Positions 1 to 12,200 of a DNA stretch of 64,000 nucleotides are shown here, piece after piece. Each line of letters starts with the position of its first letter. The first letter of the stretch is position 1. Location of the stretch: contig CM060733.1 of NCBI GenBank assembly GCA_030704615.1, forward strand, positions 35,650,001-35,714,000, in the 5' to 3' direction. Under the pieces are notes generated by a model, which was not told the origin of the DNA, did not search any database, and saw only the letters and a program-made list of their open reading frames with translations. This DNA is from Takakia lepidozioides (taxonomy: Eukaryota > Plantae > Bryophyta). A program made the position numbers and the translations under genes.

Positions 1-135
1 TCCATTGTTATAAAGATCGTCTTGATTCATATTTACTCATCGTACATACAGCCACGCCAACCTTGACTTCTTGTCTAGTCTTGTACCTCTAGTCTGATCT
101 CTTGTTTGTGTTCAGTCATGTTCTTGTCATTGACA
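1..135 (+). repeat. 5' LTR of A1 (partial)
   Basis: Near-identical to the end of the 3' LTR at 30499-30633; ends in TGACA. Confidence 0.9.
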
Positions 136-137
136 AT

Positions 138-152
138 TTGGTGAGACTAAAG
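138..152 (+). promoter_or_regulatory. Primer-binding site of A1, complementary to the LTR's own R region (self-priming type)
   Basis: TTGGTGAGACTAAAG just after the LTR; complement CTTTAGTCTC(G/A)CCAA lies ~20 nt after the LTR TATA box (30341-30355; 28785-28799 on -). Confidence 0.8.
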
Positions 153-228
153 TTTATTCCTTAGTTAGTTAAGATAGAAGACACATTTGCGGAAATGGTC
201 GTCACGTTGCAGAGTCTTCAGCTCCAGA

Positions 229-3164
229 TGCAAGAACTTCATACTCTACCGCCCAATTATAAGTTAATCAGTCTCAAGATCTTGGCAACGCTCTCCACAA
301 TTTGCAACAACAAAATTCAGAGTTAAAAGAGTCGGACAATGGATCTTCAACCATATGAGTCCCTACTGCAATAGTTCCTACTGCAACGGTTCCTCTTCAA
401 CAGATTACAAGAGAACCAAAGATCAGTATGTCCGAGAAATTTGATGGGACAAGATCAAGATTTCGCGATTTTGTTCAACAAATACGACTATTCCTACGAC
501 TACATCCACAACGCTACCCCGATGAAGGTATTCAAGTAGGATTCGTGGGCACCCTTCTATCAGGCATTGCCCTATCTTGGTTTGCACCGCTATTAGAAGA
601 AGAAAAAATCGCATTTATTATACAATTTTGAAGCGTTCATGTCCGAGTTCACTGCAGCGTTTAGAGAAAATGATAGGAAGAGAGTTACAGAGACAAAGAT
701 GCGAAATCTTCAACAAGGAGCACGTCCAGCTTCCGTTTATGCTGCCGAATTTCGACAACTTGCGTGCGACCTCGACTGGAATGAGAAGAATCTCATTAGC
801 CAGTTCCGATGTGGCCTAAAAGATGATGTAAAATATTTATTGCTGACAATGCCAAACGTGAGTACACTGAGCGAATTCGTCACCCAAGTCATTGCATGTG
901 ATAATCGTTTGTTCGAAAGACGTCAAGAGAAGCGATCTGGATGGTCGACGACGCACCATGTCGCTGCTACTACGGCACTAAACACAACGATCCATCAGAC
1001 ATCCGGTAATGATCATATGCAGATTGATGTTGTCCGATTCAAGCCATTAACGTCACAAGAAAAACAAAGACGGCGTTCAAATGGATTATGTCTTTATTGC
1101 GGAGAAGAAGATTACATAGCATTAAATTGCTCCAACAAGAGAAGATTCAAAGCTTGGGGCATAACTCAAGTGTTCGATACGAGGAGGTCGAAAAACGAAG
1201 ATGTCCAGTCACAGTAGGGACCATGCGGCTGGACACCCCAAATTCCTCACAAAAAAAATGTCTCTTTTTACCTCCAGACCATGTACCTTGTTTCACCATT
1301 CCAGTAAAGATCAAGATGCAAAATCGAGATATCTCCGTAGAAGTACTTTTGGACTCGGGCGCTTCAGCGTGTTTTATTGACAAAGACTTTGCGAAACAAC
1401 ATAATTTTACGCTCGTAAGAAAAAAATTCTCGGTCTTTGTTGAAGTCATCGATGGAGGACCATTAGCATCTGGAAATAATGAAACTCAACCCCTTGAAGT
1501 GAAGCTTAAAAATCAAGCATCACAGATTGATTTCAATGTCATCCAGTCTCCAACGAATCCTGTGATCCTTGGACTTTCCTGGTTTGTACTTCATAATCCT
1601 GACATCGACTAGCGATCACGGAAAATTTCGGCAAAACAAAAAATGTAAAAGTACAAAAGGTATTCAACCCCTGTTTCTTGGAGCTAGAGCCTTCATGAGA
1701 GCTACGAAGAAAGACGCGACATTTGCACTTTATGCGACTCCGATCAAAACCACAACAGACCAAGGTACTTCGACATTACCCACTCAATATCAAGATTGCA
1801 AGGATGTCTTCAAGAAGAAAAATGCATACATGTTGCCAGAACATCAACCTTATGATTGTGCAATTGAGTTGCAAGAAGGAGCTCAACCACCATTCGGCCC
1901 GATCTACAATTTATCTTAGACGGAACTGGCTGCTTTACGCGAATACATTGATGAAAATTTGTCAAAGATTTCATTCGACATTCGAAATCACCCGCGGGAG
2001 CACCTATCTTATTTGTGAAGAATGACGGATCGTTACACATGTGTGTGGACTATCGTGGGCTCAACAAAGTCACTATAAAAAATCGTTACTTACTACCGCT
2101 AATTCCTGGACTCCTTGAACCACTTGGACGAGCAAATTTTTTCACAAAGATCGACTTGAGATGAGCTTACAACCTTGTACGAATAAAAGAACGAGACGAA
2201 TGGAAGACTGTTTTTCGCACAAGGTACGGACATTTCGAATATAGTGTTATGTCTTTCGGCCTTACAAATGCTCCAGCAATTTTTCAACACATAATGAATG
2301 ACATCTTTCGAGAATTTTTAGATGACTTTGTAGTCATCTATTTGGACGACATTTTGATATTTTCACAGAATGAAGAAGAACATGGTCGTCATGTACGCTT
2401 TTTCCTTGATAAATTGAGGAAAAAATGACTATACGCCAAGTTGGAAAAACGTCTTTTCCACCAATCTGAAGTTGAATTTTTGGGCTACATTATTTTCGAC
2501 AAATGAGTCTTTATGGATCAAAAGAAAATACAAACCATCGTCGAATGGATTAAACCAACTTCGGTCTGAGATGTACAATGTTTTCTAGGATTTGCAAATT
2601 TCTATTTAATCTTCATCAAGGACTACTCCAAAATTGTTGCACCATTGACACGACTCACAGGGAATGACAAATTTATATGGGATGAGAAGGCTGACCAAAC
2701 ATTTGAAAAGCTAAAGCAGATATTTACAATGGCTCCAATACTGGTACATGCAGACCCATCTAAACCATTCTTTTTGGAAGCAGATGCATTGGACTTTGCA
2801 CTTGGCGCGGTACTTTCTCAATACGGTACAGAAGACTGACTTCACCCTATTGGTTTTCATTCTCGCAAATTTTCCGCTGCGGAGATCAATTATGAAATCC
2901 ATGACAAAGAACTTCTAGCGATTATCGATGTTTTTGAGGAGTGGCGTCATCTATTGGAGGGAGCTAAATATCAGATCACAGTCTATACCGATCACAAAAA
3001 CCTCGAGTATTTTATGAGTGCCCCTGTTTTGAATCGACGACAAGCGAGATGGAGTATGTCACTAGCAAGGTTTGATTTTGTTATTATCTACCGTCCTGGA
3101 CATTTTCAAGGAAATCCAGATGCTCTTTCTCGACGATCATATCTTGCGCAAAAAAAAAGGGATG
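229..3164 (+). pseudogene. A1 gag-pol, 5' part (gag, zinc knuckle, aspartic protease, RT, RNase H) with stops and frameshifts
   Basis: [61 protein letters not shown] at ~2339, [28 protein letters not shown]; start approximate. Confidence 0.92.
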
Positions 3165-3809
3165 TGTCAATGACGAGAGCATGACTGAACACAAACAAGA
3201 TATCAGACTAGAGGTACAAGACTAGACAAGGAGTCAAGGTCGGTGTGGCCGAATGCATGATGGATATGAATCAAGATGATTTTTATAACAATGGACAAGA
3301 GTACAAGATAATGGAACTTGACTTGGATAATGAAATGTTGGAAACTGGACTGAAGTACTAGATACTGGAAACTAGACTAGACTACTGGAAGCGGGACTGG
3401 AGTACTGGGACTGGAAACAAGAGTAGCTTGAACTTGTGTTTGCGAGACTGAAGATTGTCCAGTCTCGCCTCCTATATATACTGGCTACTAAGAAGCTTCC
3501 CTGAGAAGTTTCCCCTATGGAGGTTTCTTGCTGGAGAAGTTTCCAAGATTAAACAAAGGTTTTTTTATGGAGAAATTTCCTTAAACAAAGAGGTATCTTG
3601 ATGGAGAAGTTTCATCCAAAAGAAGCTCCTGAGCAGTTTCCCAAGTTATTCTTGGTAATTTGGTAAACTCCCGATAACTTAATAAGTAATAGTAAATCAT
3701 GGTAGATCATAATAAATCACGATAAGTCATGATAACTTCCGGTAATACGGTAACTTGGGAATTTCTGGTATTTACTCATGGTAAGTTCCTCTGGGCTATG
3801 TCCGTGACA
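3165..3809 (-). repeat. 3' LTR of A2
   Basis: Homologous to 28511-29156 and to the reverse complement of 30013-30633; adjacent PPT (TCACCCCCTTCTTT on +). Confidence 0.92.
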
Positions 3810-3859
3810 TCACCCCCTTCTTTAGCGCCGAGTTCCTCGAGGAGCGGTAAAATCAATAG

Positions 3860-6800
3860 TTGATGAAACTCTTGGACTTTGTCAGATGCATTGGCAAGGT
3901 TGGATGAAGGTTTTCACGTTCGTTCGCTGATGTCGTAGCATTTCCAATATACAAAATACTCAAGACGTTTATACTTGATGCGAGAGTCTAGGACTTCGTC
4001 GACTTCATACTCGATTTCCTGATTGACTTCGATTGGTGGAGGTGGTACGAAAACTCTCCCTGGAATATTCGATGGATGATACAACTCCAATAATAAACAT
4101 GAAAAGACTGGTTGGATGCGCATACTTTGTGGGAGTTCAAGCCGAAAACTGACCGGATTTATTTGTCGAATAATTTTGAATGGTCCCAGGCAATGATAAT
4201 CCAACTTCCTTAATGGTCGCGAGGTTTGTATGTCCCGTCGAAGAAGCCACACACGATCTCCGATCTTGAACTGGGATTGGAGTTGGCGACGTTGATATGC
4301 ACACTCCTTGTTTTTTTTTTTAGCTTCTGCGAGGTGGAATATAAGCTCCTTGTGAATCGTAACAAGATGAGTAGCAAGGTTTTCTACAGCAGGGCTTCCA
4401 ACATCGACATGTGGAAAGGGTTTACTCGAGAATGATGACCATAATTGGAGAAAAATAGAGTTTGCTCGGTCGAAGAATGTATAGTGTTGTTGTAGGCAAA
4501 CTCAGCCAATGACAGAAGGTTCGTCCAATTATCTTGGTGATAATTTATTGTACAACGAAGGTACTGCTCCAAAATTTGGTTTACGCGTTCGGTTTGACCA
4601 TCGGTCTATGGATGATTAGCTGTAGAGAGATTGATCTTAGTATCCAATATGTGAAATAATCCTCTCCAGAAATTTGATATGAATTGTGGTCATCGATCAG
4701 ATACGATGTCCTTCGGGAGTCCATGAATGCGGTAGATATTATTGAAGAAGAGTCTTGCAGTTTCCTCGCCGGTAACCGTCTTATTACATGGAATGAAATG
4801 TGTCATATTTGTAAAACGATTTACAATAACAAGGATTGAATCGGTGGTCTTGGAAATTTGAAGGTCCGTAATAAAGTCCATAGACACGGACGACCATGGA
4901 CCATTGGGAATGGGTAATGGTTGAAGAAGGTCGTAAGGTCGATGTCGTGGTCCCTTCGCTCTAGCACACGTGTTGCAAGATTTTATAAAAAAAATTCACG
5001 AGTTTCCACATCTGCAGCCACCAATAGTCCCTGGATATCAATTCCATTATTTTGTTGAAGCCGAAATGTCTTACAGCCGGAAGATCATGACATGTTTGAA
5101 GAATTCGCAGTCGTGTAGGTCCTAGAGGTACATAGAGAAGTCCTTTGAAATAAAGTAAGTCATCTTTGAATTCGAAGTCGTTTGTAACATGTGGGTTGTC
5201 TCGAGGTCGATTTAGTTGACTTCGTAATGTCGTAGCAAATTGGTCGTTCCTCAGTGCTCCCTGAATCTCCTTTATGATCTCTGTATCGTCATAGGTGGAT
5301 ATGGATAGCATATTCAATTGGAGATTTGCTGGTTTCAAGATGATGGATTTCTGTTGGTCAAAAGTTGCATCTCATTCTTTTGGCGCAAGATACGATCGTC
5401 GAGAATGAGCATCTGATTTTCCTTGAAGATGTCCGGGACGGTAGGTAATAACAAAATCAAACCTTGCTAGTGACATACTCCATCTCGTTTGACGTCGATT
5501 CAAAACACGAGCACTCATAAAATACTCGAGGTTTTTATGATCGGTATTGTCAGTGACCTAATGTTTAGCTCCCTCCAATAGATGACGTCACTCATCAAAA
5601 GCATCGATAATCGCTAGAAGTTCTTTGTCATGGATTTCATAATTGATCTCCGCAGCGGAAAATTTGCGAGAACGAGAACTAACAGGGTGGAGTCAGCCAT
5701 TTGTACCGCATTGAGAGAGTACTGCGCCAAGTGCAAAGTCCGATACATCTGCTTCCAAAAAGAATGGTTTAGATGGGTCTATTTGTACCAGTATTGGAGC
5801 CATTATAAATGTCTGCTTCAGCCTTTCAAATGCTTGGTCAGCCTTCTCGTCTCATACAAATTTGTCCTTCTATGTGAATCGTGTCAATGGTGCAGCAATT
5901 TTGGAGTAGTCATTGATGAAGATTCTATAGAAATTTGCAAATCCCAGAAAACTTTGTACATCTCGAACCGAAGTTGGTTTAATCCACTCGATGACGGTTT
6001 GTATTTTCTTCTTATCCATAAAGACGCCATTGTCGGAAATAATGTAGCCCAGAAATTCGACCTCAGATTGATGGAAAAGACATTTTTCCAATTTGGCATA
6101 TAGTCTTTTATCAAGAACAAAGCGTACATGGCGGCCATGTTCTTCTTCATTCTGTGAAAATATCAAAATGTCGTCCAAATAGATGACTACAAAATCATCT
6201 AAAAATTCTCGAAAGATATCATTCATCATATGTTGAAAAATTGCTGGAGCATTTGTAAGACCGAAAGGCATAACACTGTATTCAAAATGTTCATACCTTG
6301 TTCGAAAAGTTGTTTTCCATTTGTCTTCTTATTTTATCCGTACAAGGTTATAAGCTCATCTCTAGTCAATTTTGGTGAAAATCTTCATTCGTCCCAGTTG
6401 GTCGATAAGCCCAGAAATCAGGGGTAACGGATAACGATTCTTAATTGTGACTTTGTTGAGACCGCGATAGTCCACACACATGCGTAATGATCCGTCATTT
6501 TTTTTTCACAAACAAGATAGGCGCCCCGCCCCCGCAGGTGATTTTGAATGTCGGATGAAGTTCTTCGACAAATTTTCATCGATGTACTCACGTAATGCAG
6601 CCAACTCCGTTTGGGATAAGTTATAGACTGGGTCGAATGGTGGTTGGGCTCCTTATTGTAACTCAATTGCATAGTTATAAGGTCGATGTTCTGGCAGTAT
6701 GTGTACGAGAAGACATCCTTGAAATCTTGATATTGAGTGGGTAATGTCAAAGTACCTTGGTCTGTTGTGGTCTTGATTGGAGTCGCATAAAGTGCGAATG

Positions 6801-7472
6801 TCACATCATTTTTGGTAGTTCTCATGAAAGCTCTAGCTCCAAGGAACAGAGGTTGAATACCTTTGATATTTCTACATTTCTTTCTTGCATAAATTTTTCA
6901 CGATCGCCAGTCGATGTCAAGATTGTGAAGTACGAACTAGGGAAGTCCAAGAATCACATGATTCGTTGGAGACTGGATGATGTTGAAAACAATATATGAT
7001 GCTTGATCTTCAAGCTTCATTTCAAGTGGTCGAGTTTCATGGTCAACATTCCCTGATGCTAACGGTCGTCCATCGATGACTTCAACGGGGGCCGAAAGTT
7101 TCTTCTTTACAAGCGTTAAATTATGTTGTTTCGCAAAGTTTTTGTCAATAAAACATGTTGAAGCCCTTGAGTCCAATAGTGCTTCTACAGAGATATCTCG
7201 ATTTTGCACTCTGAATTATACCGGAGGTGTGAAACAAGGTACAGGCTCTGGAGGTAGAAAGAGACTTTTTTTTTTGAGGAATTTGTGGTGTCTAGCCACA
7301 TGGTCCCTACTATGACTGGACATCTTCGTTTTCCGACCTCCTCGTATCGAACACTTGAGTTGCGCCCCGAGCTTTGAATATTCTCTTCTTGGGGCAGATT
7401 AATGTTATGTGATTTTCTTCTCCGCAATGAGGCATAATCCATTCGAGCGTCGTCTTTGTTTTTCTTGTGGCG
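3860..7472 (-). pseudogene. A2 pol (PR, RT, RNase H, integrase, chromodomain) plus gag C-terminus
   Basis: [61 protein letters not shown], chromodomain EYEVDEVLDSRIKYKRLEYFVYWKCY; many lesions. Confidence 0.92.
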
Positions 7473-7559
7473 TCAATTGTCGCGCACCTCACTTCGGTAA
7501 GTTCCCCACTGGCTTCAAGAAAACCGCAAGATGATGTTTCCATAGCTCATGTGCAGGAT

Positions 7560-8353
7560 GGGGCACAGCAGCACAGAGGGATCCGCCACTGCAGTCATAT
7601 CCCGCTTCTGTTTCTTAGACTGGTGTTGCCCCGCCATTCCACCTCACTATGTGAAGAGCCCTGCTCTTCAATTGCAGTGGTTACTGTCTCAAACACGCCC
7701 ATCCCTTACGTTCTCGCGTATCAAGTATGCAAGAGTCAAGAATAATTTGGGCAATGACTGGGCCAGACACAATGATCGGAGACTTAGCAGCAGTGCCCTG
7801 CAACCTTTTCATCTCTTCCACCAGACCATTATACATTAACTCTGCCCAAGCTACATCCTCTCCCCTCAAAGCTTTTAGTATCTCCTCTGTGAATGATCTG
7901 CTCAAATATTGTTGGTTCTGTTTCATGGCAAACAAAACGTTCAATATTTGGCCAACTTCTTTGAGCCCTGGGTACTCGGCTTTGGTGCAAGCGTAACCTT
8001 GAGTCTTAAAGAAACTCCTTCTTGGAACAAATTCCCTATCTGCAATCTTGCCATGTGCTCATCCACATCCACATGACCCCATAACAATTCAAACAATTGC
8101 TGCAAGTACTGGGGAGTAATCTCTATATCTACTCCCCTCACTTGTGTAACTCCCGTCCGAGGCTCAAAGTTCTGAAGAAATTGAATCATATACTGTCGAT
8201 GATGCAAGGACCAGTCCTTGCGTAGTAGCCCCTCCAATCGCAACTCCCTCAGTAGCTGCACTGCCTGTGGTGTAGCAATTGTTTGCTTCTGCAGAATCGT
8301 GGTGCTTTTCACCCTGATATCCTCCATTCCCCTCACTCTCTTTATTCTAGACA
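7560..8353 (-). pseudogene. 3' accessory ORF of element C (resembles Athila-type accessory / putative plant transposon protein), frameshifted
   Basis: LEGLLRKDW..YMIQFLQNF..TQVRGVDIEITPQYLQQLFEL..ILKALRGEDVAWAELMY; in frame with the 20084-21310 ORF when 8362-20154 and one TSD are removed. Confidence 0.55.
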
Positions 8354-9292
8354 AACAAAAAGAGGTAGCCTATACTATATGCGCACACAAATGCATGCAT
8401 ATGGAGGAATGTATGCGTGCATACAAATTTTAGATATGCATAGGAACAATTTTATATGCACAACACTTAAATAAGGGTACCCAAAAAATAAAATAAAATG
8501 TGATTCATCTAATCTCAGGGTCCATAGTCAAAATATCAGAGGATTGAATAAGAATATTCATTGTATTATTATTCCACATGGGTGAGTGTAGGAATGGGAG
8601 ATGAACATGTTGCTTTTATGGCTTTCCAACATGAGAAAAAAGGTCGAAAAATTAAAAAGTGACGAGGCACGGCTCCTTGTTAGATACAAATGGTGAAGGT
8701 ACGGGCTCTTCCAATGGTGGGAGTCTAGTTTGAAGTTCAGAATGGAGCAATGCTAAGGGAATGCTAGGGAGCTTGACAATGCTAGGGAGCTTTGTTACAT
8801 AGGTTTTGCAGTATCTATATATCTATCTTCTGAAACATTTTTATTTTACAAAAACATAATGTCCATCAGAGATAGAACCCACAACCTATCGGGTATCAAG
8901 CCTAGTTCATACCACTACACTACCCATTCAGACTTGAAACACTAATGAAATGAAACACTAATGAGATAAAGATAGTCACCCTGTGTGTACATAACATGCC
9001 ACAATACTCATAAGGGTTCATCTTACTAATGATGAAATTTGATAGTGCTGAAGTGCATGTCGAACTTGCATTAAGGTAAAGGGATATATGAAATGCAGTA
9101 GAGATCTATGTACAAACTATTACATAGATAAATCAAATGACAGGAAGATAACATGAAATCTGATTTCAACACCATGTCATTTGCCCCATTTGTTTTACCT
9201 TACACTAGAGAGAAATACATGTATCATAAAAAATAACAAAAAATTCGGACTGACAATGAGGACAATGTATTGTATATGTAATTTCTAACTAC

Positions 9293-12200
9293 CTACATAA
9301 CATCATCAGCTGATACTTCATCATCCGTGTCATAAGCCTGTGATTCAGAGGCATACACATCCATGAAAGCCTCAACTCTACGCAACCTATCCACGGATTG
9401 TCCAACAATAGCTGCTCTTCGGTCAAACAAGAGATCATTGGAAAGACCTACATCACGTTGTTGATGTATTGAATGCAAAGCTTGGGACTCGGCATACGAA
9501 GGTAGATAAAACGATGAAAGAGGACTTTGGGGTAGACTATCATAGATGGTCCGCACAATCCCATCACTGCATCACACATACATGTATACTTATGTTAACA
9601 AATCAAATGGGAATGGTTTGCTTTGCAAATAATATAGAGATTGCAACAAAGGGAATGGAGGCGAGACATACTCACTAGGAAGTACTGCCGAGATGAAGAC
9701 CAAGCTTGCGCGCCACCTTAGGAGCGGGGGGTTCCAACAAACTCACAGGACGTTGAATGGTTGGAGTTACCACAGATGAAACCAAAACGGGTTGAGTATT
9801 TTGAAGTGCAGAGAGACGTGCTGCATACAACGTCTGGTCCCCCTCAAGACCAAATACGTGACGTCCAGACTCGCGGACAGCAATAAATGTAGAACCTGCA
9901 GGAAAAAAACATGCAATGATGATATTATATCGGATAACAGTTAATGATCATGAATCAGCTCAGAAGATTTTAATTACAAAATGGAGACCAATGCAAACCT
10001 GTGCCAGCTGTGAGATCCAAAATGCGAGAGCCAGGAGGTGAGCATGTCTCCAACAACACTTGCATGAAGGCGGGACTACGGTCTCGCGCACCCCTCCAGG
10101 CTTGTTGAGGAGTTTGCATGGGTAGTGCAACATCTGGAATGTGGTTGTAGATGGCATCCAACTCAACAGGGTCTGCAAGGGGGTCCACAACTTTGCCAGA
10201 CTCACGCAGTTTGAATAGTCATCCTTGCTTGGTGAGGACATGGGCGTGGAAGAACATGGTCTGTTAGACGTGCCATTTCCACAAAAATAGTGCACCCGGA
10301 TGGTTTAATAATATGTATGAGAGTAGGAAGATGAAACATCAAACAATGAGATATTGAAGAGGGATGATTTTTACCTTTCCTGTCTGAGTGTGTAGAGGGG
10401 TGGTATTGATGCAAGTATATTTCCTTGATAATACGGAAATAGAGCTGCCCCTGGAGTAAGAAAAGAGCTCCAATGCAAAGGAATCATCGGAGCCCTGCAA
10501 GAACACCAAGCATCCATTGTCATCCAACAGGTCATTAGCAATGGAGAATGCATACTCCCAATACCGTTTATCAAAAGCATTCCAGGGAGGAACCTGTACA
10601 CCATCCAAACAGCCCTGTACAGGCATTCCTGTTGGGCAGTCCACGATGATCATGTCCACAGCCACATGCACGCTTTTTCCATCCACAACACTAGACCAAG
10701 TTCCTGGCAACTGCAAACAACATACAGAAAATGTAGGAGTCAATAGCCGGATGATGAGGATATAAAAACATCGAAGAATTCCTTACATTCAAGTTTGTTT
10801 GTTGGGGGAAACTCACATTTTTTAAGAACTCCATGAGCTCTTTCAAGGTCGCATCAGGAGATGTACTTGAGGCCTCCACCATATCAATGAAATGAGTAGG
10901 CATGATCTTCATGCGATACATGCTAGGTGCACCACCAGAAAATGACACTGCACTGTAAGGATGTTCGCCTGCCTTTGGCTTGTTTCCTCGAGTAGTAGGT
11001 GCAGGCACTACAACCAACTGATTTGAAGGATGTGAAGAACTACCAATAGGACCAGCAATAGAAGCCACACCTGCATTGGGGCCACACCTGCATTGACATC
11101 CGCACCTTTTCTTTTTCGTGATTTGCGTTTTGGTACACCCACAACGGCAGGGACCACTTGGGCTACAGCGTCAGCGGCCTGTGTAGCAATCTGTTCTGCA
11201 TGCTCCAGATCAAGAACAGGGACTTCAGTGGAGATACCCCCTTCATCACTCACTGACTGCCTGCGAACACATTCCTTATGAAGTCCCATTTCTGCATAGG
11301 GGATAGTACCCTTGGGCATATCCAAATACCAACCCCCCCCTTCCCGGTGTTCCACACCCCAATCTTCCTCAATTGCAGGTGTGTACATGGAAGCTTGTTG
11401 AGCACCAAACTTCCAGGCCATCAGAAACTTGGGCTCAGCCTTAAGTCGATCACTCGGTACAAGCACAAATCTCATGTACCTAAAATACAAACACATTCAA
11501 AGTTATTGTGGAGACAAATATTTATGCAACCTGTTCAACAATTGAACAAGCACATTAAGAAACATGTATATCCCAATGTACTAGAAAAATACTTGAAGCA
11601 TAGACATTTTTGACTTACAAGGTGTATACACTATCCATGTACAATGCAATGGAAAGATGGTACCTGAATAAAATCCGTCTCACCACCTTCTCCCCACCTG
11701 TTTGTTGTTCCCAATCATTGCCTCTGAATGGCCCCTTTGGCAATGAGAACTCTCTATGAAACAACTCATTGAAATGAGTCATCTTCCATGTATCCATGTA
11801 GTCTCCCAGACTCTCACTCTCTCCTTCCTCCAAGGCAACATGAAATTGGCCAAGCTGAGTGGTGTACAAGGCAAACTGAGCCAAGGCAACCTTGCGAAGC
11901 TGCCAGAAAATACAGTCAGTTAAATAACTATGTTAATGTGTCATCAACAAAATGAATTAATTGCATTGAGAAGATAGTGATTGTATATGTACCTGCCACC
12001 AAAAAGTCCTTCTATTCAGCCAAGGATCAAGTGTTGGCCCACTGATAGGCCCGGGTGGAAAAAAATTACGGTCGTGAAGTGTTTGGTCTCCATTCCATAT
12101 ATGTAGCCATTCCACCTTTTCTTCAGGATCCACCCGGGCGGTAGCAATGTTCACCATTTTCTCTTGGGTCATTTCCTCTGATCCTGCCTTTACACGTGAC

